64,000 nucleotides of DNA from Enoplolaimus lenunculus (Eukaryota). The DNA is taken from positions 310,001 to 374,000 of the forward strand of contig JASANG010003092.1 of NCBI GenBank assembly GCA_030248215.1, in the 5' to 3' direction. The translations under genes were made by a program, and so were the position numbers. The stretch's first letter is position 1. Every line of letters begins with the position of its first letter. Shown here one piece after another: positions 12,914 through 24,900 of this stretch. The notes below the pieces were generated by a model. It was not told the origin of the DNA. It did not search any database and worked only from the letters and a program-made list of their open reading frames with translations.

Positions 12914-15900
12914 ATGGCAATGCATCAAGAATTAAGGTTCCTACCTGTTGACAGTGGCCTGGACCCAACACGCCTCAGTGTACCACCACTCACATCCGGT
13001 CGAAACCGGAACCATTGGTCTCCGTTTCGGTTCCGGCGCCGGAAATTGCACCGAGCCCCAGCGCCTCAGCATACATCGTCATGTGATCCGGATATAGTTG
13101 GCAGTTCGACTTTTGACTGCAAGGATTTAGTAAACAGCAGCATTCGTCGACATAGTTTTACACATTTCCGGTCCGGCCCTCCACCGGATGCAAACAGTTA
13201 TACATTGTCGTGGTCTACGGCGTTTAATGAATTTCAACATATGGACTCGTTGCCAAGTGCTAGATCCGACGATGATAGCTGTTGCGTTCCTGTGAGGCGT
13301 GGGTAAGTTGGGTCAGAGAAACAATCAGCAAGGGTGTCGGAATTATTCGAAGAGGAAGGGCTGTCACTGGCTCTTGATAAATGGCCCGGATATAATACGG
13401 ACGGCATTTTGACCAAGCCGACATTTTTCTATAGATTGTTTGTCCAGCTTCAGTCATATTTGGTTACTCAGAAAATGCGCTCGGGCCATGGCCGGACCGC
13501 CGACGACAGTATAAAAAATTCAGTGTTAAATATTTCACTTCTTCATAAAATTCTGCCTTCTGTTACCTTTTTAGACTCTGCCGCAGTCTGCTTCAAGTAG
13601 CCTTTGGATATCTGGGGGTAAATGAGCCACCATCTGCCTAATGCAATCGCGCACCCCTGATAAGAAAATATAATTAGCAGGTACACTAGAGCATATACGG
13701 GATAGTAGATAGAGGGGCTCGGCCCCCATGAAATATTTTGCCTAACCCCCGCCCTATTAAAGTTTCAAACAGACTTGTAAGTCGTTGCAAACCCTTGCAT
13801 GCCTCATCTGAAAATTGTCAAGCCCAGCTTAACAAGGTGAGCTTGCTACGAGCTTTTACACGCAACCCACAAAAGTTTTACGTTGAAAATTACAAATATT
13901 ATTGTCTATAGAATTATTGGTGTCAAATATTTACTGATTCGTCACATTTTCTTGCTACGAACTATTATTCCGTGAGATAGAAGTGTTATACCGTTTTGAA
14001 ATGAAATATTGGTTGCGGCATTGATCGAATTTGATGGCGTTTACTCATAACAGGGCATGGTTTCAGTCGTTTCGTTTGAGAAAAGTTACAGTGTTTACTT
14101 TTAATGGTCGTAAACAGTAATATTTATTTATACAAATTTTATAAACCCTAAGCAAAAAAGTCTAATCGTTCTCTATTGGAATCCAGCGCAAATACCGTAG
14201 ACATCTTAAAGTACCAAGGGCCAAAATTATAATCTATCGTTGGACCATTGCTTTGTTTTCCAATAAACCACGGTAAAACATGCGGTGAATTCAAATGTGA
14301 AGTTAAAATACGTTTAACATTCGCTATAGTTTCTTTGAAATCATATTCTCGGCAGCATATATCGACAGATTGTGTAATTTTTAAAAATATTCAAAAATTC
14401 AGCCATTATATCTATAAATATCAAGAACACGAAAATGAAGCTTATGGCTACGAAATTGGTCCATGGTACACTTCACCCACAGGATTAGGTTAAGCTATGT
14501 ATCGAATTAAGCTTATTTAAACCTAAGCCTGAGCCTTTATCAGAAATATGTTGGGAAACGGTACAGAACCGCCCCTGATCGAGGAGCCGCCAGAAGTATT
14601 TTTAACTTTCGTATACACAGAACAGTGTCGTGAAAAGATAGTATACTTTTAAAACGTGCCATTTGTGTACATAAGCTATATTTTTGGATACGCTCTCGGT
14701 CAAAATCATGGTACAAACTTGTACGGGTTGATGCAGTAAAAGGTTTATTTCTGAAAGTACCTATTTGTTTACAACACAAACAAACATGACGAAAGCTGCT
14801 TAAAATTGGCCGATTCGTCTGCAGACGCATTGACACCCCCAATCATCCTCGTCAACCCAATCGTTTTCAACAGCTCCCCCTCGTTCAAATCACATGCATC
14901 AAGTAACTGGCCTGCATCCATGGCCCAAGTTCCAAAGTGGTCACCTTATTTGTTAGCTGTGCTTGGGGGTTCCGCAGGTAGCAGCGTGCAGCTCTGATTC
15001 GGACGCATGCTATTATTTTTGGTACTTCGAGATGCTATAATTTTTCAGCCACTGATACAGTGCGTTCCGCAAACCGTATTAGAGAAGCGCACTGTTCATT
15101 TTCCACAAGGTGGGGCGCAAGATAAAGTGGACCATGCATTATCTACACCGCTCTGTCGAAAAAGCAAAACATTCCACAAAACTCAATTGCCTTACGAATG
15201 TTGGCAGAAAAACAACCAACTATTGTTTTCATTTATTTATCCGGTACCGCGCTGCCATATCTACTATGGTACGGAAAACTCCCACGGCTTTCACATATTC
15301 CCACGCTCAGTGGCAGGGTTTAAGTAGAACACATGTATAAAGCGCTTGGTTATCAGAAGCATATACACGAGGGAGAAACATTAAGACGATAGTTTCCTGG
15401 CTGAAATTTCTGGGTAAAAACACGAAAAAAATTACATTAAACACGGCTTAGAATAACCCTGGATTACAGAGATTGTACGTGATTTACAATACGATTATGC
15501 TCAACCCGAAATGAAACGTTGACTTCTACACCGCTACTGGTAATACTGTGTGTACCCGGCGGCGAAATACTGGTTAGGAGACTCATTTTTCAGGCACTCT
15601 ATATGGCGTAGAGAACACTGCGCTGTCTTTTGCTTTTAGAACACAACAAACATAAAGCATCGTTGTAATACCTACTGGTTCACACGAGCAATGATGAGGC
15701 TCACGGTTTTCTATTTGATCATAGTTTCGTGACGTTCGCAGATGGTGGCAATAGTGCGATATATGAGAATGGTTTTTATTTATTTGAGATAAAGTTTTGT
15801 CGGCAATTTGTCTGAAGCGGACTAAAGTGATCTTTAGGGTGAAGCAGTTAAATTTAAAATCGTTAACCTTCAGCAAAATCGATGAAGGACGCTTTCCAAC

Positions 15901-18900
15901 GAGTGCACGGGTTCACAGCTGTATTGGGGGCTAGGGGTAGGTTTAGATCTTCATATGATTTTAGAGTCAGGGGTAAATTTAGATCTTCTATATGATTTTA
16001 GGGTCAGGGGTAGGTTTAGATTTTCTATATGATTTTAGGGTCAGGGGTAGGTTTAGATTTTCTATATGATTTTAGGGTCAGGGGTAGGCTTAGATCTTCT
16101 ATATGATTTTAGGGTCAGGGGTAGGTTTAGATCTTCTATATGATTTTAGGGTCAGGGGTAGGTTTAGATCTTCTATATGATTTTAGGGTCAGGGGTAGGT
16201 TTAGATCGTCTATATGATTTTAGGGTCAGGGGTAGGTTTAGATCTTCTATATGATTTTAGGGTCAGGCGTAGGCTTATATCTTCTATATGATTTTAGGGT
16301 CAGGGGTAGGTTTAGATCTTCTATATGATTTTAGGGTCAAGCGTAGGCTTAGATCTTCTATATGATTTTGCCGACCCACCTCAGAAAAGTTTCAACACTG
16401 TTTGTATACGCTTGATACTTCATCCACAATACCCATCCTAAAATTGTTTTGGTCCCCGTAACTGGCTGAACTGGCTACGGGCATGCGAGAGCGTATTAAC
16501 AGCGGTAGCACATTCTAATGTTGGTTTTAAGAGTACTGTTTGGGTCTGCCATGTAAGTTCAAATTAGGTTTATTGTTTACTTGTATTGGCGCAAGGAACT
16601 TCCACTTATAAAGCTTTGTCCCGCCCCGGTTAATAAATTACGCAAAATCTATGCGTAGCTGGCTAAAATTTTCGGGCTCGCCTGTTAACATTTTGAGGAG
16701 GCTACGAGCCTAAAAAGCCATCTTAGATTTTAGTACCGTTTCATTTTAACATTAAACTGACCGTCTCCCTAAAGCTAAACCAGAGAAGCAATTGGGGATT
16801 GAAAATTTTAAACCAGGTCGCATGGTTTTAAAGAAATTTTATGTTATTTTGATTATATTCTGGCTCCAAAAGTCACAGCAGACGTAGCGAAAACTGTTGC
16901 GCTCATGTGCATCTGATACCGTTTGAAATAAGCTCTCTTGTCTTCATTTATCTAAAACTTCGCTCTACTTTTCTTCTATAATCAAACACACCTTTACCAC
17001 AGTATAACATGCTGCAAAAACTGTCACTCAGACTTCCAACAACACTAGTTTTGTGGCCCAGTTGTCGTCTTGCTTTTACTACCTACTAGTACGACCCTTT
17101 CACATTGTTACTTGCGCAGGTATTTTTTTTTAGATAGCCGTTGGGTTTCCGCTAAGCATAAAACTACGGTACAGAGATACGAGAACGAAGCTTTGTGGTT
17201 TGTGGACTTATATACTGGATGATTTATTGCTTCAGGGCTGTTTTTATGCTCTAAAAGATGCTGTATTTTTAGAGTTTAGGCTTTTGGCAGTGGTCGACTT
17301 AGCGAATGCCGGCCAGTAGCCAGAGGGGGTCGCGAGACTCAGCTCGTTTGGGAAAATTTTTTGCCTCCCTCCTTCAACCTTGAAACGCTTTGTTTCCTTT
17401 GTAAGTGTTGAAAAATCAACTGTATGCCGCTTCAAATCATGACCTCACCCGTTCTAGCGTGTTGAGCTGGCTAGGAGTCTGACCGAATAGCTTTGTTTAA
17501 GAAGTTCTTTCTGGGTCTTGATTCTGTTGCGGGTTCGCGATTGAGTTAAACGAGCATTAACGGAACGCGATTGAACGCTTGAGGAGCTCTTATAATTCGG
17601 CTCGGGTTGGTAAAATGTGAAAGATTGAATGTGTATTTTAGTATTTTCAATCTTTATGTCAATGTTGCAACCAATGACACAATCAAAAATTTCCTGAGGG
17701 GGGCGCTGGCAGTAGCAGTGCCAGAATTGTACGGGGGTGGGGTAATTTAAAAGGTGAATTTATAGGGGGAACGAAAGATCTAGTGAAAAAAATGAGCGCA
17801 GCATAAATTGAATAAATTTTATGTAAGCCACCGTGTGTTGTGTTTTGGATAAATTAAAATCTCATGTCTGATGGGTCCATGTTCTCTGGAGTGTGAGTAA
17901 CGTTTTCCAAACCCTCAGATTGAACGGACCCGGCGTAAAAAGGGTATAGTGCGTGAAGATAAAAAAGAAATTAAAAAAATCCTGCTGTGTACGTCTCGCT
18001 TCTCGTTCGCTTCGCTTGCAGATTGTTTCAACTAATGTCCTTGAGCAGCAGGTGTTTGGACCCGGTCAACATCACCATATATAGTACAACACATACCTTT
18101 CAATCAAAAAACACCCAAGGTTGAGTTTTCAGAAGATGGCCTGGTACCCTTAGACGCAGCACTACTTTCTCCGTCTTCTAGTTACGTTTATGTAATGTCT
18201 ATATCGGATTGGCGTCAAATGAAACTAGTTGACTAATTAACCCTTTCTCACATGAATATTTTCAATTTCTTATGAGATGTAGTTTCAAGTTAAGATTCGA
18301 TCCCCAGTCTCACGAGTGGGAGGTACTTTACGATAACCACTGATCTATAGGAGCTTGACGGCCGAGGGGGCCCTCACGTCTTGTGGAGATTTTGCACTGC
18401 GCATATACTATAATTGTTAGACACTGCTCACAGTATCTGTATTGCTCGTACATTATTTGTATTTAGTTGCTCATAGTATGCTGCAGGAGTGAAATGGTTA
18501 AATACGTAGTGGTGTTTTGCGAATTTTATGCTTAAGGTTTACGCTATACTCGCTTGCGCGTCACTGGGTTCCGGCGGACGCCGCTAGACACCCCCGCGCG
18601 GCACGATAAAATTTGTCTATTAAAAATTGTCGTAATGTTTCTTCGGATGCCAGTGACTGATTTTGGTATAAAATTTAGAAATATCAACATCATTTATTAT
18701 CACTGACTTTGAGCGCAAACATAAAACACCCAGATAAACACAAATCAATTAATGATGCAATGGAACGCCTGATCCCAATCTGTGACTAAAATTTTCTGCT
18801 TCGAAATAAATTTCATCGAAATTAAATTCTGACGGCTTTTTTCTGAAATTTAATCTGTCTCTAAGCGGCATCATAACCTCGTTAAAATAATTTAAGCATT

Positions 18901-21900
18901 TCAACATCATTATCTGATAACACAAATTTAACGAACGGCGCAATGGAACGTCTCGTTCAATCGGCAACTGTGACTGCAGTTGGTGCCGCAGATTTAACGA
19001 ATGAACTACAACGAATTGCAATATTTCATCATGGTGGCAAAACGGTCCCTGTCGCTACGCCGCCTACTGCTAATTCAGATACCGCAAGCGTATCCGGTAC
19101 TATGGACGATTTTGATGAAACGTTAGTTTAGATTTTTGCTCTACTTTTACACGTGTTCACATTTTGCAAAGTCGCAGCAATAAAATTGGTTTAGGCTTTA
19201 GACTAATTTTTTAGGCTCAGACTTTAGGTTTAGGCTTAGAGATTGTATATGTTTGCGGCTCTAAAGGTAGAGTTGGCCGATTTTTTTATGAAAACGTTTG
19301 AGTGTAAATTAATATTGGTCACTAACGTTTACACTAATGTACACAGTAATCAATCTAATTCACAGTATCCATTTGCTGGGCTGGTAGCTTAGTCTGACAT
19401 AATTGAACTAAATTATTTATCATTTTCTACAACAATATAACCAGCAAAATTAAGAGAGGTATATTTTACCTTCCCGTAAGGCATAAACTTAGGCTTATGC
19501 ATAGACTTAAGCCTAGGACTGTTTATATTTTTGTTGATATAATTGTCGGCCCGTAGCCTGTTCGATATGACACGGGCGTCAGCACCTTTCAGAAAGAGGT
19601 ATGCCAGGATTTCGTTTGACTCCGTTGCGCAGCTAAGAGTTTTTATGGGAACAAAATTTTTAAAAGGTTGAGCCACTTTTATCTCCCCCTCTTGCTACTG
19701 GACTGCGTGTTTGAAAATGACGAAAATCACAAATTTTAGCGTATCATCCCCGCAATCGAAAAAATCTTGTAAAGACTCGTGTGACCGTAAATCTTTAAGT
19801 CAATTATCGGTTGGAACGTCCGCAACAACAGCATCTGTGACATCAAGCAGCAGTGCGAGTAAACTGCAAAACGTTGCATCTTCTGTGTGGTGCGCAAGTG
19901 TTAAAGTATGCTGGTATTTCCTCGATACGTCTTTTATTTGGGTCAATGTACTTAATTCGAGTATAAAATCTTATTGTTTTCGAAGCCCGTATTACTTTTA
20001 AGGCCGTTCCGGTTTTTCGTGGATCTGTAAAACAGTAAGCTTACATTCTAGACTACATTTTTTTGTTTTGGCTTAAGCTTGGGCGTAGGAATACAGTTTT
20101 TTCCACGCTTACGCTTAGGCTTAGGAATATGCTTAATCGTCAGGGCCGTTCCGGTTTTTCGTGGATCTGTAAAAGAGTAAGCTTAGATTCTCGACTACAT
20201 TTTTTGCGTAGGTTTAAGGTTGAGCGCAGGAATACACTTTTTTCAACGCTCAGGCTTAGGCTTAGGAATATGCTTAATCTACTGTGACGACCCCAAAAAT
20301 TATATTGGCTATTTTGAAGTCAGTTTCAAGAAAAAACATTAAACCATCTGTCTAAACGATCAATAATTAGAAAAGTAGAATACAGTTGTTATTATATCTA
20401 TTCGTATACTTTTTTACGGGGAGATTTCGACACTAATTTTAATTAAGGATTACTTAATTCAACACATAATTTTCAGTTGTTGTTCGAAGTTGTTTAAATT
20501 TTCTATTTTGAGTTTTCAGCTTTTCTATCCTACATACGAACATCGAAACGAAGAATTTAAACGGCTGTTCAAATTGCCTGATGAAAAATTTGTCATTGGT
20601 TAGTTTTTGTTTGTGTTTTGAGCAACAATTAAACGACGCGTTTGTTCAAAATCGTATATAAGGACAATTTTTCAATAAATTCAACGTGACACGTCACATA
20701 AATCAGTCAAATCTACTAGGTCTGCGCTGTGCTTTTTTGACGTGTGCGCCGTCTGTCACCCGCACAGTACCGTTCGGCGCCGTCCGTCACCCCTGCGGCG
20801 TTGTCCGTCAACGGTATATCGCCGTCCGTCGCCGTGCGGTATCGTGCGCAAATAACTCACGTACAATAACGTATGATGACGGACGGTGACGGACGGCGCT
20901 GGACAACAAGTATAGCGCAACCCTTAGGGTGTGCTCGATTTTTTCGAAATTTTTTGTTCCAAATTTTAAAATGTAAGGTTAACTTCTTGATAGACTTAGT
21001 GCGTGCCCCAACTTTTGAAATGTTTTACTCAAAGGTTTCAAATAGAAAGTAGAGTTGAACTTGGTTCTATTTTGAACACTTCAATTTCAGAAATCGTTTG
21101 TTTTAAGATTAAATTTAAAAATTCAGTTTCAGAAATTTTTATCCAACTGTTTTCAGTGTTTAAATTGGCTACCAATTAAATACATTTTGAAAAGCTTTTA
21201 ATTTATTGACTTTTGTTTAAGATTACTCGTGCGCTCTGCAACGGGATATATTGATTCAAGGCCGGCTATATTTATCACTGGGATTCGCGTGTTTTTACGC
21301 GAATATATTGAAATGGGAAACCAATGTACGTTGATTTATTACAAGGGCTCATCCACGCACGTCATTTGTACAGAAGCGTCACTTTCTATAAGGGCTTTTT
21401 TTAAAGATCTACATTAAATTGTACGGAGTGCCAGGCAGTTTTTACTGTGAAAAACGGTTGATCAAACGGCAATTATTTAATGTCAGTATATGTGCACGTA
21501 AGTGTATGTAAAGCAAATGTTGCCATGCCTGTGCAAATGTGCCGGTATAAGACATTGTTGCAGTGATCGCGTGGTGTAGTGGTAGCACGCTTGAATCGCC
21601 AGCGAGAGGTCCGAGTTTCGATTCCCGGCGTGGTCATTAGCTTTGGGTAAATTAGTCTGTAGCTTAAGCTGAAATTTTTAAACTTTTATTTTTTAGTTTG
21701 CAATCAACCTCAAAGACGTTTCGTCGATAACAAAAGAACGAACCGCTAAAGTGATTCCAAATGCTATACAGGTAAAATGACAATGCCAAAATGCTGTTTT
21801 CGTCAGTTACATTGCATTCTGTGCTCGCATTCTCAAATCTGTGTAGGTGTAGGTGTAGCACTTATTACAAGTCTGATGTGTTAATATAAGTTTAAAACCA

Positions 21901-24900
21901 CACTGCAAAAAATGGTGTGTCAAATTGACTCTTTCTGAAAGGCTTTTTCCAGACTACACAAAGTGAGTCAAATTCGACTCCGCCAGAGTAAATTCGACTC
22001 ACTGACTCATTTGTGACGAATTTGACCCTGGCGGAGTCGAATTTTAACTCAGTTTGTGTAGTCCGGATAAGCCTGTTTCCGAGAGAGTCAATTTCACTCA
22101 CCATTTCTTGCAGTGCAGTGAATGGCACAGTTCGACATTCAACATGTTTTTCGCATTTAAAATGTCCAACTTAGGAGCCGTCAGGTTGAAAACCTATCGC
22201 TTAATGTGATAGAGATGCTATACGCGTTTGAGAATATGGGCACTGTTCTCCGATCACTGCCGAGTAGACCGCAAAGGGCAGCTTTGAGACAACCCGAAGA
22301 ATAGACAAGTCGATCAGATTTCCTCAGTCGTATTTTGACTATTCCAATCCTTCAAAATGTACTTTGATATTGTTCAGATTTGCACTCGCCAAGGTGAAAA
22401 GCATTTTTTGACATCTTTCGCACATCGAGATCGAACATATTTGATTCTGTTCAAAATATGGCAATATTGTTTACTCGACGAGGTACCAAGGAGTTGGCTC
22501 ATGTAAAGATCAGGGCGGAACGTTTTTCTGCAGGACTTCAATAGAGCAAGCTTAAACTAATTTTTTGCTTAGGCTTAAATATCAGCTATTCTTACGCTTA
22601 GCCTTAGGCTTAGGCTTAGGAATATGCTTATGCTACTGTGACGGGCCTGTTCTATACATTTGCCAACGAGTTGCGGGTTGTATTTTTTGTTTAAAACAAG
22701 AAATGTATAAGTGTATAGTTTTTTTATTAAGGGCAATGTCACTGTAAATTTCAGTGAGTTAATTTTAACTCAGAATGAGGTGAATCCACTCGAAAGCCTG
22801 AGTTATGAATTAGGTTTTTCAGAACTCAGAATTCTGAATTGATTATACTCATTCTAAGTTATAACTCATCCGGAATTAAATCAGCATAGTGCGAGCTGAT
22901 ATTTCCTTTTTATCAACTCAGAAGCAGCCAGAAATGATTAATTCGCTCTCTGAATTGATTAATCAACTCATCGCAATTTACAGTGCACAAGCTTCTCAAT
23001 GCAGCAAAATCTTTTCTTTATGCGGCAGCTTAGGCTTACGCTGGCTTAGTGGGCAGTCCTTTCTAGTTAACATAAGTCGTTGTTGTCGTATTTAAAGCCA
23101 CTAACGCCAGCTGAATTGTGGTCGTGGATAGATGATGGACCAAATGAAGATTCGGTTAATTTGGATGCAAACACCGCAACGATGCACGCAAAGGCTCAAC
23201 CTTCAGTTGAAATTGTCAACGGATTAGCGACAGATGAAGATTTTAACGCTTCAGACGATATGTTACTGGTAATTTTTGATTGCAACACGTAGTCAAATTT
23301 TTTTTGAAACTTGTCTAAAGTGATGTTGAGGCTTAGCGCAGCGAGCACAGAAATTTTTATTAATATCAGAGCAGCCGTTAGTCTTGAACATTTTTTCCAA
23401 TCTTAAACAAAGTTTCATTAGTGTAATAGTTATTTTTCACAATAACGATAACAACAAAGAAAGGGGAAATTCAAGTTTTGCTTTAAACTTTATATATACA
23501 TGTTTGATTTTATGCGATTTTAATAATGGTTTGACGTCAACAAATTTTTACTCGCGCTTTGGAATTGTTTTTACTCGCGGGTAGACTGCGTCAGGAAATT
23601 TTTGATGCGGCCCGGGTTTGCGGATATTCTCGGGGGTCGCTTGCAACTAAACGCTGTTCCGTTTGGATATTTACCATAACTTCTTCAAATCTTCACTGTA
23701 CGTTTGTAAACGATAGACTGTTCTACAACGAGGTAAGTGGTGTGAAGCTCTACTTTTTGAAATTTTAATGTAACCGTCACCGTCCGTTACCGTCCGTGCG
23801 GCATCGTGCGACAATTATTTTACAGCGTCGGATGATATAATTCGCGTACGTTGCTTCACGGCGATTAACGGTGACGGCCGACGACGAACTGTGAGAAGCG
23901 ACGAATTACGGCAAGTATAGCGCCCCATAGCATCAATGTCAAATTTTTGCTATTTTAGGCAAATTTTGACTCACCGCAAGTCAGATATCCCCCGTTAGCC
24001 ACTGACGAAATTAATGATGACGTCATCGTTATGCGGAGTTGTCCAAGCGTTGGAGAAGTTGCATCAAATGAAACCGTTGGAACCGCATTCGTAATTGGTA
24101 CCCCAAGTGGGTCGTCACTGAGTCTAGGGTCTGGACATAGTGGTGGGGCGCCTGGTTCGGAAGCTACCGCAAGCGGCCGACTGCATTTAACAGCGGCGGT
24201 GAGTACAGGAATTACTGTTACGCCACCGTCGCCAACGATTAAAGTGAGTTGTTCGTTCTGTTCTTGGCCAGGATTTTATTTCGAGACCTATAACTTGAAG
24301 TATACGTCTTTTGGTTCCTCCAAAGTCAAGAGTGTAGTTCAGGAAGACATAACATCGTATAGAAGTTTTTCGCGAGCCAGCATAGCGAGTGAAATTAATT
24401 TTTATAATGCGAAAATTTATTATGCCATTTTAAATTTGTATAAAGCACAGTATAAAATTTTAGATTAGTGTATATATCTCAGTTTCTAGAAATATGCTAG
24501 AATTTATTAGAGTTATAAGGGAAGTCGAACGTTGAAGAAAACTTGTCGAGACAAGCTAGTTAGGAACTGTACGCAATTATTTTAGGTTTGCCTGGTGCCA
24601 GCGAGGGCATATGTAATTAGCGTCCAGGCCACGAAACTAGACAGTCTGTTGGAAACTAAGACGTCTACAGGTGCAGCACCATTTTAGTTCCCATTGTGGC
24701 AGCCGTGTTAATATTAGTATCCTGCAAACAGAGCAATTGGCGAATTTTTTTAGGCGTGCTAACGTAAACTACTACGCAGTTGAACACATTGGTGTAGGAA
24801 TAGACTGAAATTTAAAATTCATAAGCTAGGCACCTTACCATTCATCAACCACTATTAATCCGCTAGTGTGTTAAATAAAATTGTTTTCTTAATTTTTAAT

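Noticed and set aside
14760..15340. Additional coding exon or gene from the ORFs at 14806-15340
   Set aside because: No start and splice combination compatible with the GRAMD1 frame was found, and no recognisable motif.
15933..16369. CRISPR array (37-bp repeats)
   Set aside because: Units are head-to-tail with no unique spacers; eukaryotic intron context; no cas genes.
21565..21636. Functional tRNA gene
   Set aside because: Mismatched anticodon and T stems, atypical anticodon loop and 8-nt T loop.
23717..23732. Micro-exon before a strong GAG/GTAAGT donor
   Set aside because: The nearest AG gives 16 nt, which breaks frame; flanking exons already join in phase.
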